DNA of 64,000 nucleotides from positions 103,967 through 167,966 of the forward strand of contig JBAYVT010000001.1 in NCBI GenBank assembly GCA_041674405.1. The letters are read 5' to 3'. Under the pieces are notes generated by a model, which was given only the letters and a program-made list of their open reading frames with translations, was not told the DNA's origin and made no database searches. This stretch comes from Patescibacteria group bacterium. Lineage in GTDB: Bacteria; Patescibacteriota; UBA1384; XYA2-FULL-43-10. The position numbers and the translations under genes were made by a program. The first letter of the stretch is position 1, and every line of letters starts with the position of its first letter. This document shows, piece after piece, positions 8,499 to 16,840 of this stretch.

Positions 8499-9395
8499 AT
8501 GAAAATCGTGACTTTAGGTATCGATTTAAGCGATGAGCATAAAAAAATATTAACATCTCTTGGTGATCTCGAATTGTCTGATGCGCCGGTTAGTGTTGAT
8601 GATTTTTTAGAAAAAACAAGCGGGGCGGATATTATCTATAGCGACGGCGATTATTTGCTGGATAGTTTACTTAAACTTAAGAATGTATTTATCACATATC
8701 CGTTTGTGGAACTGGGTTTGTTTGATTCTGAGGAACTGAAAAGGAATGGAGTGTATGTAGCGAATGCACGGGGTGGAAACAAAAATTCTGTTGTCGAGTG
8801 GGTTATGTTCATGGCGCTTTCTTTATTTAGAAAATTTATTCCGATGGTCAGAGCCAAAGAGAGTTTTCCCTTTAAACTGAATGAAAGCCTTGAAGGCAAA
8901 ACAGTTTTAATCGTCGGTCATGGCTCAATAGGCAGTCAAATAGGTGCTCTGTGTGAAGCATTCGGTATGAAAACTAAATATTTTGAACGAGGTGACGATC
9001 TTTCTTCAAAAGCAAGAGATGCCGATTTAGTCATTAATGCTTTGAACTGCAATTCCAGTAGTAAAAATTTATTGAACGAATTATTTTTTTCAAATCTCAA
9101 AAAAGGATCTTACTTTATCACCTTTGCTCGACCGTACACTTATGACATTGATGGCCTCATGAAGTCGATAAACGCAGGAATCGTCGCTGGTGCAGCAATT
9201 GATTGTGATCCCGAGTCATTTGGTGACACCAAGAACGAATTTTATAGAAAAGCTTTTGACAATGATAAAATATTAGTTACACCACATATCGCTTTTTCAA
9301 CAACAAAAGCCAGCAAAGCAGGAAAAGATCTTGCCATTAAAAATATTGAGTCATACATTAAGGGCAAACCTCAAAATATTTTAACCAAGGAATAG
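8499..9395 (+). CDS. D-isomer-specific 2-hydroxyacid dehydrogenase family protein (NAD-binding)
   Basis: GHGSIGSQIG Rossmann motif and catalytic-domain architecture. The start was moved to ATG 8499 (MKIVTLG) from the track's GTG at 8457. Confidence 0.8.
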   Translation: MKIVTLGIDLSDEHKKILTSLGDLELSDAPVSVDDFLEKTSGADIIYSDGDYLLDSLLKLKNVFITYPFVELGLFDSEELKRNGVYVANARGGNKNSVVEWVMFMALSLFRKFIPMVRAKESFPFKLNESLEGKTVLIVGHGSIGSQIGALCEAFGMKTKYFERGDDLSSKARDADLVINALNCNSSSKNLLNELFFSNLKKGSYFITFARPYTYDIDGLMKSINAGIVAGAAIDCDPESFGDTKNEFYRKAFDNDKILVTPHIAFSTTKASKAGKDLAIKNIESYIKGKPQNILTKE

Positions 9396-9506
9396 TGCTC
9401 TATCTGGCCGACGGGTATCCCGACCTCTTCCTTCGGTTCGATCACGGGCTACATTCATCAAATAAAAATGCGCTTAGATTTCTAACGAAACCCATGCGCA
9501 TTTTTA

Positions 9507-9540
9507 CTGGCGGGACATAGCGGATCAGGTTAGAACTTAT
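9507..9540. repeat. Imperfect direct repeat copy B (partner of 8375-8410)
   Basis: See copy A. The adjacent ATTTCTAAC motif is also duplicated (8421 and 9478). Confidence 0.5.
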
Positions 9541-9548
9541 TGTATGAC

Positions 9549-10079
9549 TTAGATTAACTCTTGTCTGTTCAATTTCATTAAATACTCAAAGTTGCCATCT
9601 TCTGTATTCCTTACCGTTTTGAAATGTTTGAAGCCCACTTTCTCGTATGCCCTGATTGCAGCCACATTCTTCGGGTCGGGAGCGATAATACATTTTTCTA
9701 CTTTAAATTGTTTGAAAGCAATTTCTTTAAGAAATTTTTTTATTATAAACTCACCATACCCTTTATGAAGGAAGTCTTGATTACCAATAAATAAATCTAC
9801 AGAAACGGCATTATCTTTGTAGTCAATTGCTTTTTTGTGGTCTGGATAATCATCCATCTGATAAGTCTGAATTAATCCGATGGGGGTTTGTTCAATATAT
9901 ATAATATGACAGAAGGTCGGCTTTTCGCCTGCTATTCTTGGCAGATAGATTTCATTTATTTCTTTCATTGTTGGCGTTCCAGGCCTGAACCACTCTTTCA
10001 CAAAATCTTGGTTTCGCCATTTCAACAGAAGAGGTAAATATTTTTGCTTCAATTTTTTGAACGAGATATTGCTTTCCAT
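9549..10079 (-). CDS. GNAT family N-acetyltransferase
   Basis: GNAT fold signature region ...HKGYGEFIIKKFLKEIAFKQF... Size is typical, about 176 aa. Confidence 0.7.
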   Translation of the reverse strand: MESNISFKKLKQKYLPLLLKWRNQDFVKEWFRPGTPTMKEINEIYLPRIAGEKPTFCHIIYIEQTPIGLIQTYQMDDYPDHKKAIDYKDNAVSVDLFIGNQDFLHKGYGEFIIKKFLKEIAFKQFKVEKCIIAPDPKNVAAIRAYEKVGFKHFKTVRNTEDGNFEYLMKLNRQELI

Positions 10080-10128
10080 TGTTTTATTTTAGCATAAAGA
10101 TAAATGAGTCAAAACTCCACTTTGCCTT

Positions 10129-10158
10129 CAACAAAAAAGTAAGATGCCGAGGCATCTT
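10129..10158 (-). terminator. Rho-independent terminator on minus strand
   Basis: Minus strand reads AAGATGCC-tcg-GGCATCTT followed by ACTTTTTTGTT. Confidence 0.65.
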
Positions 10159-10163
10159 TTTAA

Positions 10164-10183
10164 CCTGCCTGCCGGCAGGCAGG
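10164..10183. repeat. Perfect 20-bp GC-rich palindrome CCTGCCTGCCGGCAGGCAGG
   Basis: Exact inverted repeat. Candidate operator or recombination site. Confidence 0.6.
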
Positions 10184-10239
10184 CGCACTGAATTTACACT
10201 TTATTATTATATCTTGTTATATGCTACTGAGCTATCTTT

Positions 10240-10390
10240 TTCATTGGCGGGATCGACCGGACAATCTCACGCGGCCTTCGGCCTCTCCATAGGGCTTCCG
10301 CCCTCTGGCGCTTCGCTGTCACCTCGCACGGGAGACCAATTGTTCTCCCGACCCCACTCGTGTTCGAGTCCAGCCTTCTGCCTCCGCATA
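10240..10390 (-). ncRNA. Candidate ~150-nt GC-rich structured sRNA bracketed by two minus-strand terminators (identity unknown)
   Basis: ~60% GC in a ~35% background, with several hairpins (GGCCTTCGGCC, GGGAGAC..GTTCTCCC, ACTCG-tgtt-CGAGT). It lies between the terminators at 10388-10417 and 10129-10158. Overlapping ORFs on both strands look spurious. Confidence 0.3.
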
Positions 10391-10417
10391 AAACAAAAAT
10401 AGCCCAGTGGCTATTTT
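10388..10417 (-). terminator. Rho-independent terminator after tRNA-Asp
   Basis: Minus strand reads AAAATAGCC-actg-GGCTATTTT followed by TGTTTTAT. Confidence 0.7.
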
Positions 10418-10423
10418 GCTTTA

Positions 10424-10500
10424 TGGCGGGAACGACCGGACTCGAACCGGCGACCTCCACAGTGACAGTGTGGCGTTCTAACCAACTGAACTACGTCCCC
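10424..10500 (-). tRNA. tRNA-Asp (anticodon GTC)
   Basis: rc reads GGGGACG-TA-GTTC-AGTTGGTTA-GAAC-G-CCACA-CTGTCAC-TGTGG-AGGTC-GCCGG-TTCGAGT-CCGGT-CGTTCCC-G-CCA. Confidence 0.85.
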
Positions 10501-10555
10501 GTGCCAATTACCAACAAATTATAACAGAATTGCAGTTCCAGATCAAGATTCTACA

Positions 10556-11095
10556 CTAATAATTCCTTACTTCCCAGATTATCATGTCGCTGTTATTGGC
10601 CACAGCTTTGTTATGATATGAAAATTCAATTACACTATCGGGGTATTTAGAATTTATCTCAACTAATTTTTCATAATTCTCGTTACCGCAAATCGATTTT
10701 ATGGTTGAAACAGCGGAGATTCCAGATTCATCACGAGCATCGATCCGGATATTTTTGTTTTCTGTATATGTGATATCGCAATATCGCTCACTACGCACTA
10801 AATGGCACAAAAGAACTAAACTTTCAGGTGGCGTCCATTCGTGAAAATACATCAAGTTTTCTGAAAGCCCCAATATTTTTAGTTGCCCAATTCTTGCCGG
10901 AATTTCCGAAGTGTAGATTCCCTCCTGAAAATGATTTCCCGGTCGTAGATAACGAATAGCGACAAGACCAGTAAAACCACTAGAGTACAAGTCCTCTTTT
11001 TTTCTCCAAATTCTTGTCGAATTTCCCAAATCGCCTCTCGTCAGCAGTGACACCATTTGGATTTTGTTAGAAATTTTCATGTTCAGTTTCATCAT
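10556..11095 (-). CDS. Hypothetical protein (179 aa, no family recognised)
   Basis: Intact ORF with host-like composition and no recognisable motif. Confidence 0.4.
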   Translation of the reverse strand: MMKLNMKISNKIQMVSLLTRGDLGNSTRIWRKKEDLYSSGFTGLVAIRYLRPGNHFQEGIYTSEIPARIGQLKILGLSENLMYFHEWTPPESLVLLCHLVRSERYCDITYTENKNIRIDARDESGISAVSTIKSICGNENYEKLVEINSKYPDSVIEFSYHNKAVANNSDMIIWEVRNY

Positions 11096-11133
11096 ATCAA
11101 AAATTTATAATCTTTCTTTGCTATAATCAGATT

Positions 11134-11889
11134 ATGAAAATTGTTTCCTGGAATGTGAATGGGATAAGGTCGGCTGGAAAGCAAGGTTTTTGGGATTGGT
11201 TTAAGAAGTGCGATGCCGATGCGGTTTGTTTGCAGGAATTGAAGATCGATGAGAACGCGATGAACGGAATCGCAAAAATTGACGGCTACCAGGCCTTTTT
11301 TAATTTTGCCGAGAAAAAGGGTTATTCGGGAGTAGCTATATACTTGCGGAATAGTTTCAATGCCGTAGCAAAAAAATTTTCTCTTGGCCTTGAGCGATTT
11401 GACAATGAGGGCAGATATATCGAGCTCGATCTTGGAGATTTTATTTTGATCAATATTTACATTCCTCATGGCGGCAGGCAAAAAGAAAATCTTAAATACA
11501 AACTTAATGTTTATGAAAAATTATTCGAAAGATTAAAGGAACTTTCCAGCCGAAAAATTATTTTGTGCGGAGATTTTAATATTGCACACGAAGAAATTGA
11601 CTTGGCCCGGCCAAAAAGTAATAAAAACAATATAATGTTTACGCCGGAAGAACGAGCGATAGTCGATCAGGTGCTGAATTCGGGATTTACGGATACTTTT
11701 CGCAAGTTTCATGATGACGGCGGTCATTATACATGGTGGCCATGGTTAAAAAATTGCCGAGATCGCAACCTTGGCTGGCGGATTGATTATATTTTTGCAT
11801 CGGATAATATTCAATCAAAGATTAGAGACGGACTAATATTTGAAAAGATTCTCGGCTCCGACCACTGCCCTATCGGGATTAAAATGTAG
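11134..11889 (+). CDS. xth: Exodeoxyribonuclease III (EEP family)
   Basis: MKIVSWNVNGIRS..., with QELK, GDFNIAHEEID and SDHCPI motifs of the ExoIII/APE1 family. Confidence 0.9.
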   Translation: MKIVSWNVNGIRSAGKQGFWDWFKKCDADAVCLQELKIDENAMNGIAKIDGYQAFFNFAEKKGYSGVAIYLRNSFNAVAKKFSLGLERFDNEGRYIELDLGDFILINIYIPHGGRQKENLKYKLNVYEKLFERLKELSSRKIILCGDFNIAHEEIDLARPKSNKNNIMFTPEERAIVDQVLNSGFTDTFRKFHDDGGHYTWWPWLKNCRDRNLGWRIDYIFASDNIQSKIRDGLIFEKILGSDHCPIGIKM

Positions 11890-12041
11890 CAACCTGTCCC
11901 CGTACAAGACTATATTCCTACATTTTTTGCAAAAAACTTTATTGCATTTTTTCGGCAACTCATTTGTCGATTTTTGATTCTTTTGTTAGAATGGCTTTGC
12001 CTGAAAAAGGAGTACCTACCATTACAAGGAGAGTGAGCGCA

Positions 12042-13091
12042 ATGCGCGATTGGATCAAGGGAACGGTTCGCCCGATTTCCTTTCTGGCCGTTGTCCCGGT
12101 ATTACTTGGTGCAATTGTCAGCGGAACGCGCATGGACCATCACATTGCCTATGCGCTCCTCGGTGCGATTTTGGCTGTTGGCTTCGCCAACAGCTTTAAC
12201 ATTGTAATCGATCGCAAGATTGACAAACACAATCCCGACAAGAAAACCCTAGCCATTCGTCAACCGGTGAGGGCTTGGTACGGAGTGCTGTTTCTGCTGC
12301 CCCCGCTGGCTTTCTGTCTGCGCAACTGCCAGTTCAACCACATCCTCCTCTCGATTCTTTTCTACCTGTCCTGCCTGTACAGTTACTTGTACGGCAATGT
12401 GCCAGTGTTGAAGAGAATATCGGTCGCGGCAATTGTTGCGGCCACGGCCTTCCTTGATGTGGAAAGGTTCAACCTCGCCGTGTGGGTGCTGGCAGTAGTC
12501 ATCTTTGCCTTCATCTACTGGCGGGAGTCGCACAAAGATTCCGACGACAGGAAGGAGGATACCGAAATGAAGTTCGCCTGGATTCGGACCGGGATCACGC
12601 TCAACTGGTGGCTCGTAACGGCGCCGATCGCGGGTGCGGCAATTTACCTCTCGTGCCTCGTTGCCACCGGGAAGCCAATCAGCACAGCAGACATAGCGCT
12701 CGCGCTCGGCATTGCGATCTCGATCTGGTCGTACGTTCAGATCAGGTCGAAATACCATCTGTACAAAGTGCGATTGGCCCATGGGGCGCCTGCAGGCCGC
12801 CTGGGAATAGTTGTCTCGATGGTGGGCTTGATGCCCTCCTTTGTCAACCCGCTGTTCCTGGCCATTGTGGTGGTAAACTGCGCCTCAATCATCCACCGCA
12901 GCTTCAGGGGCCAGATCCCTTTCCACACTGGCTCGATCGCCCATGATGCGTACCTCTGGGCGAGCCTACCGCTCATGGCCATGGCCAAAGTCGGCTATCA
13001 CCCACTACTTCTCGCCGCATCAATCCTGCTAGCCAGTGTCACTTGCGCCAACATGCACCGGCTGAAGTGTGCAACAACCCCTGCGATGTAG
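12042..13091 (+). CDS. UbiA-family membrane prenyltransferase-like protein (GC-rich gene, ~58% GC)
   Basis: NSFNIVIDRKIDKHNPDKKTLAIRQP resembles the UbiA N..D...D motif (DPPR-synthase-like), with 8-9 TM helices. AAGGAGAG RBS precedes ATG 12042; the track's TTG start at 11964 is in frame upstream. Confidence 0.55.
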   Translation: MRDWIKGTVRPISFLAVVPVLLGAIVSGTRMDHHIAYALLGAILAVGFANSFNIVIDRKIDKHNPDKKTLAIRQPVRAWYGVLFLLPPLAFCLRNCQFNHILLSILFYLSCLYSYLYGNVPVLKRISVAAIVAATAFLDVERFNLAVWVLAVVIFAFIYWRESHKDSDDRKEDTEMKFAWIRTGITLNWWLVTAPIAGAAIYLSCLVATGKPISTADIALALGIAISIWSYVQIRSKYHLYKVRLAHGAPAGRLGIVVSMVGLMPSFVNPLFLAIVVVNCASIIHRSFRGQIPFHTGSIAHDAYLWASLPLMAMAKVGYHPLLLAASILLASVTCANMHRLKCATTPAM

Positions 13092-13114
13092 TCTCGGCTA
13101 CCCCGCAACATCAG

Positions 13115-13150
13115 GACAGCTCGTCTCCCCGGCGAGCTGTTTTGTTTTTC
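13115..13150 (+). terminator. Rho-independent terminator
   Basis: CAGCTCG-tctccccgg-CGAGCTG followed by TTTTGTTTTT. Confidence 0.75.
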
Positions 13151-13300
13151 ATGCATTTTTGGGCAATATTACAAATGTTAAATGCCAACTTCTTGATACC
13201 ATATATCAAGTTATGAAATTATAGCTACATGGCTCGTTGACTTTTTGATTTGTTTTAAGTAGATTTATCATACATTTAGTCGCAACTAGAAATTTTTCAA

Positions 13301-16210
13301 ATGAAAAAAGAAAAAACTATTCGCGATAAGGCCATGCGCCACACCGGCATTGAAATTGTCGGCGATATGCCATGGGGTACTCATTTTTGCCAGTTTTATA
13401 AAACCAAAGAAGATCTTATCGATGTTTTAGTCCCCTACTTTAGAGAGGGACTTTTAAATAATGAAAAATGTATTTGGGTCACTTCCGGCTTTTTAAATGA
13501 TGACGAAGCGATCACCGCGCTTCTTAAAGTAGTTCCAAGCATTCAAAAATATATAAAAAGCGGCCAGATTGAAATTTTCCCGTACACTAATTGGTATTTG
13601 AAACACGGAAAATTTGATCTTAAGCGCGTCCTTGCCAAGTGGGTTAAAAAACACGATGAAGCGATAAGAGATGGTTATGAAGGAATAAGAGTTACCGGAA
13701 ATCCGTTTTGGATCGATAACAAGAAGGACTGGAATGATTTTGCCGAGTACGATGCTGAAATTAATAATATTATTGATGATTATAATCTTCTCATTCTTTG
13801 CACTTACTCGCTTGAAAAATGCAACTCAGATGCAATTTTCGACGTGGTTGCAAACCATGAATTTGCCCTGACCAAACGTGATGGAAAGTGGAAATTAATT
13901 GAAAATTCCGAACACAAAAAAACAGGGCAAGCCCTGCTAGAAAGTGAAAAAAAATACCGTTCGTTGTTTGACCAAATGTCGGAAGGCTTTGCACTGCATG
14001 AAATTATTTGCGATAAAAGTGGAAAACCAATTGATTATCGTTTTATAAATGTAAATCCCGGATTTGAAAAGTTAACAGGCCTAAAAGCGAAAAATATAAA
14101 CGGGAAATTACTTAGTGATGTATTGCCCAATGAAGATCCCAAATGGCTGCGCGAATATGGCGAAGTGGCACTCACTGGCAAACCGGCTCGTTTTGAAAGT
14201 TATTCACCAACCTTAAAACGCTATTATAATGTTTTTGCATATTCGACAAACCCGGGGCAGTTCGCTGTAATTTTTTCTGATATCACAGACAGAAAACTTG
14301 CTGAAATTGAAACGGCAACTAATCTAATGAAATATTCTGTTTTATTTAATTCAATTCCTGTGGGAGTTAGTGTTACTGATCGCAAGGGAAATATTATCGA
14401 AACAAATGAAGAAACATCCAGGATTTTAGAAGAGTCACGCGAGAGCATAATGGGAAGAAAAATTGGCCACCCCAAATGGAAATCCATTTATTCCGATGGA
14501 AAGAAAATCAAACCCGATGAATTTCCAAGCCTTACTACCCTGCATGAAAAACGCATTGTTGATGATTTTGAGATGGGGCTCGTAAAAGAAAAAAACAAAA
14601 TTACCTGGATCAGTGTATCCTCCCAACCAATACAGAAAATCGAGGATTACGGGGTACTTACCACATATATAGACATAACCAAACGCAAGCTGGCCGAAAA
14701 TGAGCTAAAAAAGCTTCAACAACAAATGACTGCAATTTTGGAAAACATCGATGGTGGGTTTATTGCATTAAACAAAGATTGGAAATATACATTTATAAAC
14801 AAAAAGGCGGCAAATAATTTATTTAAAGAGCCGGAAGATTTGATCGGAAAAAATATTTGGACGGAGTTTCCAAAACTACTAGGCACTTCTATAGAAAAAA
14901 ATTTTAGAAAAGTAATGCACACCAACGTGCCTATGTACTACGAAGAAAAGGGAATTGAAACAGACCGGTGGTATGAAAACCACATTTATCCCATACCTGA
15001 AGGTATTGCGATTTTTTGGAGTGATATTACTGCACGTAAACGTGCGGAGCTAGAAAATGCGCTTCTATCTAAAACTCTTAAAAAGGAAGATCGCAGAAAA
15101 AACGAATTTATTGCCATACTCGGCCACGAGCTCCGCAATCCACTTGCTCTCCTTTCCGCATCAATTCAAATCCAGAGGGAGTCTCTTGAAAAATGCCGGA
15201 AAGGACAAAAATTTGACAAAAAATTAGTGTTTGAGGCTAATGAAATTTCAGCCGAGCAGATAAATACAATGTCCACATTACTCAATGATCTTTTGGACAT
15301 TTCTCGGATATCTCGCGGTAAAATTCAACTCAGAAAAGAAAAGATTCCTTTAAATTCAATTATTAAAAAAGCAATGAATTCTGTTTTGCCAAATATTGTT
15401 GCAAAAAATCATATTCTAAAAGAGGAATTGGCCGGTGAAAATATTGTCCTCTATGCTGATCCGGTTAGGATTGAGCAAATTATTGTAAACCTACTAAATA
15501 ATGCCGCCAAATATACTGATCCGAAAGGAAAAATTGTTATTAAGACCTCTTTTGATAACAATTTTGCGATTATTTCTATCCGAGACACTGGGATTGGAAT
15601 ACCAAATAACCAATTGGATGAAATATTTGAACCTTTCGTGCAATTGAGCACCGCACAAAAAAAATCTCAAGGCGGTCTTGGAATAGGCTTGATGCTGTCC
15701 AAACAATTGGCAGAACTTCATGGCGGCGACATAAAAGCTAAAAGCAACGGTATGAATAAAGGCAGTGAATTTATTGTCCAGATTCCAGCCGATTTAAAAC
15801 ACCGCAACCATTCAAGAATAAGGCAAGAAAACAAAAACGAAGGCAAAACAACAAAAAAAGTCCTCTTGGTAGATGATAATACACGGATAGCCGAGTTGTT
15901 TAGTAAGTTACTATCTCAATTTGGATATCTTACCAAAACAGCTTTTGAGGGCGAAAGCGCAATCAAAATTTCAAAGTCATTTAATCCAGATATTATTTTA
16001 CTTGATATCGGCCTTCCAGGAATCGATGGCCATGAAACTGCCAGATTGCTTCGAAAACAACACAGAAACAACCCTTCTTTAAAAATAATTGCCATAAGCG
16101 GATACGGAACAAGCGAGGATAAAAAGAAATCAAAAGAAGCAGGTTGTGACGCGCACATAACCAAACCGGTTAATGCTAACAAGCTCCGTGAAATTATTGA
16201 GGCTATATAA
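13301..16210 (+). CDS. Hybrid sensor histidine kinase: MEDS-like N-terminal domain, ~3 PAS, HisKA, HATPase_c and C-terminal receiver
   Basis: N-terminal GTHFCQFYKTKEDL is a MEDS-type signature. Three ...DITDRK/DITKRK/DITARK PAS boundaries. H-box ILGHELRNPL, G-boxes DTGIGI and GGLGIGL. REC domain LLVDDN...LLDIGLPGIDG...K. Confidence 0.85.
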   Translation: MKKEKTIRDKAMRHTGIEIVGDMPWGTHFCQFYKTKEDLIDVLVPYFREGLLNNEKCIWVTSGFLNDDEAITALLKVVPSIQKYIKSGQIEIFPYTNWYLKHGKFDLKRVLAKWVKKHDEAIRDGYEGIRVTGNPFWIDNKKDWNDFAEYDAEINNIIDDYNLLILCTYSLEKCNSDAIFDVVANHEFALTKRDGKWKLIENSEHKKTGQALLESEKKYRSLFDQMSEGFALHEIICDKSGKPIDYRFINVNPGFEKLTGLKAKNINGKLLSDVLPNEDPKWLREYGEVALTGKPARFESYSPTLKRYYNVFAYSTNPGQFAVIFSDITDRKLAEIETATNLMKYSVLFNSIPVGVSVTDRKGNIIETNEETSRILEESRESIMGRKIGHPKWKSIYSDGKKIKPDEFPSLTTLHEKRIVDDFEMGLVKEKNKITWISVSSQPIQKIEDYGVLTTYIDITKRKLAENELKKLQQQMTAILENIDGGFIALNKDWKYTFINKKAANNLFKEPEDLIGKNIWTEFPKLLGTSIEKNFRKVMHTNVPMYYEEKGIETDRWYENHIYPIPEGIAIFWSDITARKRAELENALLSKTLKKEDRRKNEFIAILGHELRNPLALLSASIQIQRESLEKCRKGQKFDKKLVFEANEISAEQINTMSTLLNDLLDISRISRGKIQLRKEKIPLNSIIKKAMNSVLPNIVAKNHILKEELAGENIVLYADPVRIEQIIVNLLNNAAKYTDPKGKIVIKTSFDNNFAIISIRDTGIGIPNNQLDEIFEPFVQLSTAQKKSQGGLGIGLMLSKQLAELHGGDIKAKSNGMNKGSEFIVQIPADLKHRNHSRIRQENKNEGKTTKKVLLVDDNTRIAELFSKLLSQFGYLTKTAFEGESAIKISKSFNPDIILLDIGLPGIDGHETARLLRKQHRNNPSLKIIAISGYGTSEDKKKSKEAGCDAHITKPVNANKLREIIEAI

Positions 16211-16239
16211 ATCTTTGAGATTATTTACTAAATAGTGTT

Positions 16240-16277
16240 CTCGGGCGCGCTCTCCGGCGCGCCCGAGTGGGTTTTCC
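16240..16277 (+). terminator. GC-rich hairpin terminator after the sensor kinase
   Basis: CTCGGGCGCGC-tctccg-GCGCGCCCGAG followed by TGGGTTTTCC. Confidence 0.6.
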
Positions 16278-16411
16278 GGCTGCCGCTCCGGCGCCGGTTT
16301 CGGTTTGCTGGCTTATTAAGGCTTTTAAGCCGCACTTGCCTCTCGGAGAACCGCTTGCTGCTCTCCCAACCCCCAGGAACATCCCGAATGTCTGGAAATG
16401 ATTGTGCTTGC

Positions 16412-16615
16412 CTAGCTGATGACATTGCTCTCAGCCTCCTCATAAGCGAAAGAGCAAAGCCCTCCATTTACGGCTACCATCCGCGCTCTCTTTATCCCAG
16501 ACATCGTCAGCGCAACAAGAATGGTGCCAGCGCTCTCTCGCTTGACAACCACCCTCTGCCCTTTCTTGTCCACGATCACTCCATCCTTAGCAATCAAAGT
16601 TCCATCACAAGCCAT
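16412..16615 (-). CDS. Small GC-rich hypothetical protein (67 aa)
   Basis: GGGAGGAAG RBS 4 nt upstream of ATG. Coherent 67-aa ORF MACDGTLIAKDGVIVDKKGQRVVVKRESAGTILVALTMSGIKRARMVAVNGG... in a ~55% GC islet. Confidence 0.45.
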   Translation of the reverse strand: MACDGTLIAKDGVIVDKKGQRVVVKRESAGTILVALTMSGIKRARMVAVNGGLCSFAYEEAESNVIS

Positions 16616-16671
16616 CAATCTTCCTCCCTGTTTGTTCTGGATGCCAGACCTTCAATCGCTCGAAAATCTGG

Positions 16672-16701
16672 CACAAAAACAAAAACCGGCCAATGGGCCG
16701 G
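16672..16701 (-). terminator. Rho-independent terminator on minus strand
   Basis: Minus strand reads CCGGCC-cattg-GGCCGG followed by TTTTTGTTTTTG. Confidence 0.65.
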
Positions 16702-16840
16702 ATTTCTTCAAAAAATATTTAGTTAAGCTTTTACATTAAAAATCACGGCCCTGGTGGTCATGTGTAAAATAAAACCAAAAATTTCTTGTGATATTATTCA
16801 TGCTACTTCAAATATTATCAACAAATTTAAAACAAGTCAA

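Noticed and set aside
10240-10390. RNase P RNA identity suggested by the CUCCAUAGGGC match
   Set aside because: The segment is only ~150 nt and lacks the P4 strands (GGAAAGUCCGG / ACAGAACCCGGCUUA).
11092-11481. 129-aa minus-strand ORF overlapping xth
   Set aside because: It is fully embedded antisense in a well-supported exonuclease III gene, with no motif support.
12249-12988. Antisense and alternate-frame ORFs (12249..12782-, 12275..12457+, 12482..12946+, 12737..12988-) inside the UbiA-family gene
   Set aside because: High GC suppresses stop codons in all frames. The products are Arg/Pro-rich and low-complexity with no RBS, and the coherent membrane-protein reading is the plus frame 12042..13091.
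16235-16726. 163-aa Arg/Ser-rich plus-strand ORF
   Set aside because: Low complexity, it spans a terminator hairpin, and it is antisense to the RBS-supported 16412..16615 gene.
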